The notes under the pieces were generated by a model, which ran no database searches, was not told where the DNA came from, and worked only from the letters and a program-made list of their open reading frames with translations. Source: Allosphingosinicella sp. (GTDB lineage Bacteria > Pseudomonadota > Alphaproteobacteria > Sphingomonadales > Sphingomonadaceae). Taken from it: a DNA stretch of 64,000 nucleotides. The translations under genes and the position numbers were made by a program. The stretch spans positions 9,924 through 73,923 of the forward strand of contig DASWSP010000084.1 in assembly GCA_036402575.1 (NCBI GenBank), in the 5' to 3' direction. Of the stretch, positions 47,471 to 55,214 are shown one piece after another (positions within the stretch are counted from its first letter, which is position 1; every line of letters starts with the position of its first letter).

Positions 47471-47511
47471 GTCTCCCCTTGCCCGCCGCTACTCAGGCTC
47501 TCGCGCAAGCG

Positions 47512-50500
47512 TCAGAACTTGAACCGAACGCCTGCCGTGTAGGCACGTCCGATGACATCGTAGACGGCAAGGTTGGTCGGGAAGTTCACGCCCGGAATGG
47601 TCCCGGGGATCAGCGGCGGCTTCTTGTCGAACAGGTTGTTGACGGTGATGAACGGCTCGATCGTCCCGCCATGGCCCTCCACTTCAGCCCGCAAGGTGAG
47701 GTCCGTGTAGGATACGGATCCGACCTTCGGATCGACGAAGAAGGAGCGCGCGCCGTTCGGGAGGCTGCCCGGGATGTCGAGCCGCATCTTGCCGATCAGC
47801 TGCTGCGAAACCGTGATCCCGAACGGTCCGTTCGTGTAATCGGCCGTCAGGTTGCCGCGCCAGCGCGGATAGGCCGCAGGGTTGCTGCTGACCACGCTGA
47901 CGCCCGCGAAGTTCAGCGTCGGCGCGCCGGTGAACTGCTGCGTTTCGAACTTGTCCAGATAGTTGGCGTACAGCCGCAGCGACAGCTTGCCGTCGCCGAC
48001 GTTGGTCCGATAGGTCGCGTCGAAATCGATGCCCCGCGTCTTGAGGAACGCGATGTTGGCCGGCTGCACGCGGATCAGCGTCGGGAACTCCGTCGGCGAC
48101 GGACGGTCGATCAGGTCGCATTCGGGAGCCGAGCCGCTGCTGTTGTTGCAGTTGGTCAGGATCTGCTGCGCCGAAAGCTGGTCGATGAGACCGTCGATCT
48201 TGATCGAATAATAGTCGATCGAGGCGCTGAAGCCGGGGAAGAAGGTCGGTCTCAGCACCGCGCCGAAGGTCAACGTCTTCGCCACCTCCGGCTTGAGATT
48301 CTGGTTGCCGCTGATGACGCTTGAGACGTTGCGGTTGATGCCGGTCACCGTATCGTTGACGATACCGATCGCCGATTGCGCGCCGGCGAACAGCTCGAAC
48401 AGATTGGGCGCGCGGATGTCGCGGGAATAGGTGCCGCGCAGCAACACGTCTTCGATCGGCGACCAGACCGCGCCGACCTTCCAGGTCGTCACCGCCCCCG
48501 ACACTTCATAATCGGTGCGGCGCACGGCGCCGTTGAGGCTGAGCTCGTGGAAGCCCGGGGTCTCCTTGAGGATCGGAACGGCGACTTCGGCGAAGGCTTC
48601 CTTGACGTCCTCGCTGCCGTTTGCCGTGCCGACGTTGGTCAGCCAGAAGAAGAGCGCGTTGGCGGGAACTCCGCGCAACCCGCCGAACTGCGCGTTGCGC
48701 TCGGCGGCGGTGTCGAGCCGCGCCGGATCGGCGTTGCTGGTCAGCCGAAGCGTCTGTTTGCGATATTCGGCTCCGAGCGCGAAATCGACGGGACCGGCAG
48801 GCAGTTCGAAAATGCTGCCGCTGAGGCTGGCGGTGATCCCGTCCTGCTTGATCCTGGCGTCGTAGCTCGACGTGCCGGTGACATAGTCATAGCCGACCGG
48901 AGTCGAGCGCGACGGATCGCCGTTCAGCGGATTGAAGGGCGCGCAACCCGAATATTGGGCCGCAAAGGCGGGATCGGTCAGGACGCGGCAGGTGGGAACG
49001 CCGTTCACCAGCACGACGTCGACGGCCGCGTAAAGCTTCTGCGCCTCGTAAAGGCCCGTCGTGTCCATCGAGTGGTCGGACTGGCCGTGGGTATAGGCGA
49101 CGTCCCATTTCCAGCCGTTGCCGAAGCTGCCGTCGAAGCCGGCCGTCGCCATCCAGTAATCGGTGCGCTCGTCCGCGATCGGCGCCGGCTGGCCCGCATC
49201 CTGCTGCTGGACGGTGATGTTGTCGCCGGGGTTGGGAACCAGCGCCCGCATCGCCGGCGACAGGAACGGGTTGCCGTTGAAGATCCTGACTTCGTTGCTG
49301 GGGCCGATCAGCGAATTGGTCTGGGTCGGATAGCTGAAGTCGCTGCGCGCGAAGATGCCCTGGACATAGGCGGTGATGTTGTCGGTCAGATCATAGCTGA
49401 GCCGCCCGAAGGTCTGGTAGTTCTTGACCGGGATGACGGCGGCGCCGCGCGCGGAAATGTAGTAGCCGTCGCCGCCCTGCTGGAAGCCCGTCGTGCCGAC
49501 CGGGGTGCCCGGGCTGAACGAACGCAGGCTGCCGTCATTGTTGATCACCGGGCCGGCCGCGCCCAGCGCAACGCCGTTGCGCGCCGTGATCCGGCCGTTG
49601 GCCGCGATCGCGGAAATGCGGACGTCGGGGCGGATGACGAAGGGATTGCCGGCCGAACCGGGCTGGAGGTTGGTGCCGCCCGGGCCGGTGCCCGGATTGG
49701 CGCCGACGTAGACGAAGTTGCTGTCCCCGTTCTCGCGCTCGTCGCGCCGCATGCCCTCGTTGCTGAAATATTCGCCGCTGAGCAGGATGTGGCCGCGCCC
49801 GCCGGCGAAGCCGACGCCGCCGGCGACGCCGATGCGCTGATTCTCGTTGTCGCCCTGCTCTGCCACGCCGGCCTGGGCCACGCCGGTGAGGCCGGTGAAT
49901 TTCTTGTCGAGGACGAAATTGACGACGCCGGCGACGGCGTCCGATCCCCATGCGGCCGAGGCGCCGCCGGTGACGACATCGACCCGCGACAGCAGCAGCT
50001 GCGGGATCACGTTGGTGTCGATCGTGCCGATATATTCGGTCGGCGGAACCCGGATGCCGTCGAACAGGATGAGCGTGCGCAGCGGCCCCTTCGGATTGGC
50101 GCCCGTGGTGCCCAGGCCGCGCAGGTTGAGGATGTTGCCGTGGATCGGCAGGTTCGAGAAGTTCGATGCCGCCTTCGCGCCGCCGAGCGAGTTCGAGAAT
50201 TGCGGCAGCTTGTTGAGCGCATCGGGAATGCTGCTCGGGGTGCCCAGCAGCAGCTCCTCGGTGGTGGCGACCGTAACCGGCGTGGGGGCCGTGTAGCCGT
50301 CGCGAACGATGCGCGATCCGGTAACGACAATGTCCGGCCCGGCCGAAGTCTCTCCCGCCGCGGCGTCACTCACCACCGGCTCCTGCTCGCCCGCCGGCTC
50401 ATCGAGCGCGGCGGCTTCGGCCTGGTCCGCGGGCGCCTGAGCCTGGGCGCGGCCTGGCGTCGCTAAGACAATCGCCGTACTGCACAAGGCGGTGGTTGCC

Positions 50501-50529
50501 AGCAACTTGAAGGTGCGACCGGTTTGCAT
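47512..50529 (-). CDS. TonB-dependent receptor
   Basis: Internal start MQTGRTF at 50529 (GGGGAGGA RBS). Signal ending AQAQA, plug region DIVVTGSRI, C-terminal barrel ending VRFKF. Confidence 0.9.
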   Translation of the reverse strand: MQTGRTFKLLATTALCSTAIVLATPGRAQAQAPADQAEAAALDEPAGEQEPVVSDAAAGETSAGPDIVVTGSRIVRDGYTAPTPVTVATTEELLLGTPSSIPDALNKLPQFSNSLGGAKAASNFSNLPIHGNILNLRGLGTTGANPKGPLRTLILFDGIRVPPTEYIGTIDTNVIPQLLLSRVDVVTGGASAAWGSDAVAGVVNFVLDKKFTGLTGVAQAGVAEQGDNENQRIGVAGGVGFAGGRGHILLSGEYFSNEGMRRDERENGDSNFVYVGANPGTGPGGTNLQPGSAGNPFVIRPDVRISAIAANGRITARNGVALGAAGPVINNDGSLRSFSPGTPVGTTGFQQGGDGYYISARGAAVIPVKNYQTFGRLSYDLTDNITAYVQGIFARSDFSYPTQTNSLIGPSNEVRIFNGNPFLSPAMRALVPNPGDNITVQQQDAGQPAPIADERTDYWMATAGFDGSFGNGWKWDVAYTHGQSDHSMDTTGLYEAQKLYAAVDVVLVNGVPTCRVLTDPAFAAQYSGCAPFNPLNGDPSRSTPVGYDYVTGTSSYDARIKQDGITASLSGSIFELPAGPVDFALGAEYRKQTLRLTSNADPARLDTAAERNAQFGGLRGVPANALFFWLTNVGTANGSEDVKEAFAEVAVPILKETPGFHELSLNGAVRRTDYEVSGAVTTWKVGAVWSPIEDVLLRGTYSRDIRAPNLFELFAGAQSAIGIVNDTVTGINRNVSSVISGNQNLKPEVAKTLTFGAVLRPTFFPGFSASIDYYSIKIDGLIDQLSAQQILTNCNNSSGSAPECDLIDRPSPTEFPTLIRVQPANIAFLKTRGIDFDATYRTNVGDGKLSLRLYANYLDKFETQQFTGAPTLNFAGVSVVSSNPAAYPRWRGNLTADYTNGPFGITVSQQLIGKMRLDIPGSLPNGARSFFVDPKVGSVSYTDLTLRAEVEGHGGTIEPFITVNNLFDKKPPLIPGTIPGVNFPTNLAVYDVIGRAYTAGVRFKF

Positions 50530-50743
50530 TCTAATCCTCCCCAGGAAAATCCATTTTCGCCGCGCTTTTGGTTTGGGAGCGCAGGACCAGTCCCGTCCGC
50601 CGCAAACCATGGGGCGCCGTTTCGAGCTCGCAGGCTGTGAATCGCATGGGGCATGCCCTTCCGCTCCTCACAGGCTTTTCGCCCACGACCTGCGGCGCCG
50701 ATACGTGCCGGTGCCGCTTCTTAGGCTGGTCTCAACACCGGCC

Positions 50744-50767
50744 GTTTCTGCACTAATATGCAGAATT
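50744..50767. promoter_or_regulatory. regulon operator copy O11
   Basis: GTTTCTGCACTAATATGCAGAATT (perfect TTCTGCA-N6-TGCAGAA). TTGACA (minus strand, 50775..50780) lies 7 nt upstream. ~215 nt upstream of the receptor ATG. Confidence 0.65.
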
Positions 50768-50778
50768 GGCGATGTGTC

Positions 50779-50802
50779 AATCTTAATCGGCAGTGCAATT
50801 TT
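50779..50802. promoter_or_regulatory. regulon operator copy O12
   Basis: Reverse complement reads AAAATTGCACTGCCGATTAAGATT. It overlaps the putative -35 of the receptor promoter. Confidence 0.55.
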
Positions 50803-50810
50803 GGGGGCGG

Positions 50811-52358
50811 TCAGCGGGCCTCGCCGGGGAAGGTTTCCCCCGTGTCGGTTGCCCATTTGGCGTGCCAGAGGCGCAGCTGCCGGGCGCGAAAGCCGGGAAC
50901 GGCAGTGAACGTGTCGCGGATGACGAGCGGGGTCTGGGCGCTCGGGGCGAAGCGCGGCCACGGCGCGAGGCCCGCCCCGTTCGGGTTCCCGGTGCGGACG
51001 AAGTTCACGAGATAATCCTGCATGGTGCCGGCCACGGCCGCATCAAGCGCGGTCGGCGACTTCAAGGTGCCGAACCAGTAGGGCATGTCGGCGCAGTGCG
51101 GAGCGCCGGGTGCCGTATCCCTCAGCCGCTCGTCGACATGGTCGAAATGATAGCCGTAAGCGGGCGATCCCGCGCGCGATGCGAGCGTCGCCATGCCGAG
51201 GCTCGCCGAGGTGAAGATGAAATCCGTCTGCACCTGGCGTAGCAATTCGCCATCGTCGAGCGGGGCGCCCTGGGCATACACCGGCCGGAGCGCATCGACG
51301 TCGACTCCGAAGCGCTGCGCGAGCACCGTCCGGTCGAAGCCCATCAGCCCGAACACGCTCGCTTCGTTGCTCGTCGAGCCGACGATGAGCGGGACCTTGG
51401 CGATCTCGCCGCGGGCGAACGAGACCGAAATCTGCCGGGGCAGCAAAGTGCCGTCGATGATCGCGCCGAAGTTCGGGGGGCCCGGATCGGCAGCCATGAC
51501 CTCGGCAGGCGTGAGGGCTCGAAGCCTCGCCAGCGCTCCAGCTCCCGTCTCGCCGATGCCGGCCCGCGCCGCGAACTCGACGCCCTGCTGCTCGGCGACC
51601 GGCAGCGGGCGCGTGGCATTGAAGAAGCCTCCGCCCGAATGGACGGAAGCGCGCGCGAAAAGGCCGCGCGAGCGCGGCGAGGCGACGAGCGAGTTGACGC
51701 TCGATCCGCCCGCCGAGCAACCGAGGATGGTGACGTTCTGGGGATCGCCGCCGAACCTGGCGATATTGCGCTGCACCCAGCGCAACGCCGCCATCTGGTC
51801 CATCAGCCAGTAATTGCCGATCGCATCGCCGCCGCGCTGCGCGCTGATCGCCGGGTGCGCGAAAAAGCCGAGCCGGCCGAGGCGGTAGTTCGGCGCGACG
51901 AGGACGACTCCCCTGCGCACGACCGGCGACAGGCCCTGATCGGCCAGGTCGCGGCCGGATCCGGCGAAGAACGCGCCGCCGTGGATCGAGACCAGGACCG
52001 GCAGCTTGCGCCCCCGCAGATCGGGAGTGACGACATTGAGCGTGAGGCAGTCCTCGCTTTGCGGGCCTTCGTCGCTTCCCTCGCGCGCAGGCTGCGGGCA
52101 GCTCGGCCCGAACCGCGTGGCGTCGCGCACGGCGGGCCAGGGGCGCGCGGGTTGCGTCGGCCGCCAGCGCAGCGGACCGACCGGCGGTGCCGCATAGGGG
52201 ATCCCGCGGAAGGCTGCGGCTTTTGGACCAAGAGCGACGCCCTTCACCCGCCCCCGATCGGTGGCGACGACGGGAGCGGCAGACGCCTCGTTCGGAAGGG
52301 CGGCTGCGGGCGCGGCAGCCGCACACCCCAACAGTACGGCTCGTATGAAGTGTCCCAC
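50811..52358 (-). CDS. secreted type-B carboxylesterase/lipase
   Basis: Signal peptide and carboxylesterase-B signature FGGDPQNVTILGCSAGG (Ser nucleophile; Cys where Glu is usual). Apparent GTG start at 52358. Confidence 0.85.
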   Translation of the reverse strand: MGHFIRAVLLGCAAAAPAAALPNEASAAPVVATDRGRVKGVALGPKAAAFRGIPYAAPPVGPLRWRPTQPARPWPAVRDATRFGPSCPQPAREGSDEGPQSEDCLTLNVVTPDLRGRKLPVLVSIHGGAFFAGSGRDLADQGLSPVVRRGVVLVAPNYRLGRLGFFAHPAISAQRGGDAIGNYWLMDQMAALRWVQRNIARFGGDPQNVTILGCSAGGSSVNSLVASPRSRGLFARASVHSGGGFFNATRPLPVAEQQGVEFAARAGIGETGAGALARLRALTPAEVMAADPGPPNFGAIIDGTLLPRQISVSFARGEIAKVPLIVGSTSNEASVFGLMGFDRTVLAQRFGVDVDALRPVYAQGAPLDDGELLRQVQTDFIFTSASLGMATLASRAGSPAYGYHFDHVDERLRDTAPGAPHCADMPYWFGTLKSPTALDAAVAGTMQDYLVNFVRTGNPNGAGLAPWPRFAPSAQTPLVIRDTFTAVPGFRARQLRLWHAKWATDTGETFPGEAR

Positions 52359-52368
52359 CCCCGCCCCT

Positions 52369-52392
52369 TTTTCTGCTCACCTGTGCAGTTTT
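52369..52392. promoter_or_regulatory. regulon operator copy O13
   Basis: Reverse complement reads AAAACTGCACAGGTGAGCAGAAAA. It lies only ~10 nt upstream of the esterase GTG. Confidence 0.6.
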
Positions 52393-52553
52393 GGAGTTAG
52401 ATGCCGCCGCTCGGTCCCGTCAAGGGCTCGGGACTTGCGATCGAGCGAGCGGAGCCGATCGGAGCAGCGGCAAACCTTTGTTGCGCCTGCGTTTCTTCCG
52501 GAACACTGCCCAGGTTAAGCGCTGTAGCGAACGCGGCGGCCGAGGAGCCCTTC

Positions 52554-52697
52554 ATGATCAGCTATCCGGTTCGCGCCATCCCGGGCGATGAAGGAACGGC
52601 GCTCATCACCTTCCCCGACGTCCCCGAAGCCTTGGCGAGCGGCGAGAACGAGGAAGAGGCGATCAGCCGCGCGCAAAGCGTGCTCGAGAGCCGCTAA
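52554..52697 (+). pseudogene. HicB-family antitoxin N-terminal fragment (47 aa)
   Basis: MISYPVRAIPGDEGTALITFPDVPEALASGENEEEAISRAQSVLE matches the HicB N-terminal domain pattern, then a stop codon. No DNA-binding C-terminal domain follows in any frame, and there is no intact hicA upstream. Confidence 0.45.
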
Positions 52698-52763
52698 GCC
52701 GTGCCTCTCCGCCCCGTCCTCTCGCTTCCTCTCCATGAGGCGAACGGGAGATGATCCCGCCGC

Positions 52764-54032
52764 TCACTGAGCTTCGGGGGGTGCCTCCGGCGGCGCCCCC
52801 GCCTCCGCCGCGGCGGCATGCCAGTTGGGATAGGGTCCCAACAGGAACAGCAAGGCCGCCGCGGCCATGAACACGCCCGCCAGGAACCACAGCATCGACT
52901 GGTAGGAGCCGAAGCTGTCGAACAGCGCGCCTCCGATGGCGGGGCCGAAGCCGACACCGATGCCGAACAAGGCCGCGATCAGGCCGTAGATCGCGGCATA
53001 GCTGCGCATGCCCAGATAGCGGCTGACGAGCACGGCGAGCACGTCGAACTCGGCGCCGGTGGCGAAGCCGATGATGAGCGCCGCGAAGATCATCACCTCC
53101 AGCGTCTCCGCGCCCGCCCAAAGCAGCAGGCAGGCCACCATGGGCAGCAGGAACAGCGCGCCGCCGACCAGCCGGCCGGGGAGGTGGTCCATCAGCGTTC
53201 CCGTCACCAGCCGCCCCAGGATCGCCGCGGCGCCGATCAGGCCGCCGGCGCGTGCCGCCGCCTCGGGCGCGATGCCGCGCTGGATCGCCATCGGGATGAA
53301 ATGGACGATCAGTCCGGCGATGCCGGCGCCGATCAGTGCCGCGGCCGCGGCGAGCATCCAGAAGCGTCGGCTGGCCAGCGCCTCGCGGTAATAAAGCCCG
53401 GGCAGCTCCACTGCCGCCTCGGCCGCCTCCGGCCGCTTCAAGTCGAGGTCGCGAGCGCTGTGCAGGAAGCGGAGCAGCAGCGGCAGGCCGGCGATCAACG
53501 CCGTGCCCGCCAGCATCGCATAGGTCGCCTGCCAGCCGAAGCGCGTGAGCACGATCGATCCGAGCACCGGAGTCCCGGCGCCGATCAGCCCGGTCCCGCA
53601 CAGCGCCACCGCAAGCGCCAGGCCGCGCGAGCGATCGAAGCGGCTGGCGACGGCGAGCGCCCACAGGCTGGCGCCGGCGAAGGCGTAGGAAATCCCGACC
53701 AGCGACCACAAGGCGAACCAGGTCCACGCCTGCGCTCCGGCGGCGCCCAGCGCGGCCAGCGACAGGCAATAGGCGACATAGCCGGGGATCGCGACCTTGC
53801 GAACGCCGATCCGGTCGACCAGCCGCCCGATCCGCGCCGCGATGAACAGGTTGATGACGGCGACGATCGCCGGGCCGGAGGTGATCTGGGCGCGCGACCA
53901 GCCGAATGCGTCCGTCAGCGGCTGAACCAGCAGTCCCAGCGAATAGAAGTGCATCGAGGTGACGCCGATGCCGATCGCGCCGGCAAGCACGACCGGCCAC
54001 CCCGCGCGCCACTCGCTGCGGGCATCGATCAT
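52764..54032 (-). CDS. MFS transporter
   Basis: 422 aa, 12-TM-like, with motif A-like GRLVDRIGVRK. Confidence 0.85.
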   Translation of the reverse strand: MIDARSEWRAGWPVVLAGAIGIGVTSMHFYSLGLLVQPLTDAFGWSRAQITSGPAIVAVINLFIAARIGRLVDRIGVRKVAIPGYVAYCLSLAALGAAGAQAWTWFALWSLVGISYAFAGASLWALAVASRFDRSRGLALAVALCGTGLIGAGTPVLGSIVLTRFGWQATYAMLAGTALIAGLPLLLRFLHSARDLDLKRPEAAEAAVELPGLYYREALASRRFWMLAAAAALIGAGIAGLIVHFIPMAIQRGIAPEAAARAGGLIGAAAILGRLVTGTLMDHLPGRLVGGALFLLPMVACLLLWAGAETLEVMIFAALIIGFATGAEFDVLAVLVSRYLGMRSYAAIYGLIAALFGIGVGFGPAIGGALFDSFGSYQSMLWFLAGVFMAAAALLFLLGPYPNWHAAAAEAGAPPEAPPEAQ

Positions 54033-54246
54033 CTGCCGGCCTGCCGCGCGCGCAGCGGCTTCAGGACGGCGGGCCCGGACAAGCTCTTCATGATGAAGCC
54101 CCCTCGGGCGGACGTTTATCCGAATTCCTTGGAAGTGTCTGCCACGGACACCCGGCGCTCCAGCATCGGCATGCTTCCCCCTAATCGAACCAAAATCTCA
54201 ATAAAACCGACAGGCTTGGCGAACACTTCTGTTTCGAGGGCCAGTG

Positions 54247-54270
54247 TTTTGGTACGGGAACGTACCTAAA
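54247..54270. promoter_or_regulatory. 24-bp palindrome, candidate transcription-factor site
   Basis: TTTTGGTACG-GGAA-CGTACCTAAA has 10-bp arms with 9 of 10 positions complementary. It sits in an AT-richer patch 80 nt upstream of the Crp/Fnr gene. Confidence 0.4.
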
Positions 54271-54349
54271 TCGGCCGATGTGGCAAGTTATGCTTCCCGC
54301 CAGATCATGGCTCTGCAACCTACTCGACGTCCGCCCTTTTTGAGGGACT

Positions 54350-55096
54350 ATGCCGGCTTCCGCTCTTTCGACTTCCCGCAACCTGCTGTTGCAGACGATA
54401 AGCGCCGAGGATTGGGCGCTTGTTGAACCCTATTTGGACCGGATGCCGCTGGAACTGGGGCAGGTCTTGGCGGTGCCCAACGAGCCGATCGAGCATCTCT
54501 GCTTCCCCGAAGGCGCCGTCACTTCGGTCGGGGAGACGCTGAACGACGGCAGCCGGGTCGAGATCGGCGTCGTCGGCCTCGAGGGGATGACCGGCTGGCC
54601 CGTGTTGCTCGGCTGCAAGATCTCGCCTCACGAGGCGATGGTCCAGGTCGGCGGCGGATCGGCGCTGCGCATCGAGACCGGCCACCTGCTCGAAGCCTGC
54701 CGCCGGAGCGAAAGCCTGCGGACGCTGCTGCTGCGCTTCGTCCAGACCTTCTCGATCCAGATGGGGCGGACGCTCGCCTCGAACCTGCGCGATCCGGTCG
54801 AGCGGCGGCTGTCGCGCTGGCTGCTGATGTGCCACGACCGGCTCGACGGCGACGAGATGGAGCTCACCCACAAGTTCATCAGCATCATGCTGGGCGTTCG
54901 CCGCGCGACCGTCACCGACAGCCTCCATATCCTGGAAGGCACCGGCGCGATCCGCGGCCAGCGCGGCCGCATCCTGGTGCGCGACCGGAAGAAGCTCGAA
55001 GCGTTCGCCGGCGAGGCCTATGGCTTTGCCGAGGATCATTACGGCCGGTTGATCGCACCGTTCGGCAAGAACGGGACTTTCACCCCCGGTTCATAG
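54350..55096 (+). CDS. Crp/Fnr family transcriptional regulator
   Basis: cNMP-binding-like N-terminal barrel plus C-terminal HTH (GVRRATVTDSLHILEGTGAI). No Fnr-type Cys cluster. Confidence 0.85.
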   Translation: MPASALSTSRNLLLQTISAEDWALVEPYLDRMPLELGQVLAVPNEPIEHLCFPEGAVTSVGETLNDGSRVEIGVVGLEGMTGWPVLLGCKISPHEAMVQVGGGSALRIETGHLLEACRRSESLRTLLLRFVQTFSIQMGRTLASNLRDPVERRLSRWLLMCHDRLDGDEMELTHKFISIMLGVRRATVTDSLHILEGTGAIRGQRGRILVRDRKKLEAFAGEAYGFAEDHYGRLIAPFGKNGTFTPGS

Positions 55097-55214
55097 CTTT
55101 TACAGCAGTCCGGGCGGATCGGCCGCATGGCCGAGCGCTTGGGTCCGACGAACTGGCTGCCGTGCTTATTAGACCGCCGAAACCTCGCTTGCGCACAGCT
55201 CTTCTCCAGCCGAA

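Noticed and set aside
50530-50743. Possible riboswitch (for example cobalamin) in the ~215-nt leader of the TonB-dependent receptor.
   Set aside because: I could not find the conserved B12-box or other riboswitch core sequences, only generic GC hairpins. The leader remains unexplained but I make no claim. An Rfam/Infernal scan would settle it.
52401-52553. Possible degraded hicA toxin gene upstream of the HicB fragment (frame containing SSGTLPRLSAVANAA).
   Set aside because: The resemblance to the HicA C-terminus (GTLxxILKQAGL) is only a few residues. There is no dsRBD-like core and no start or RBS.
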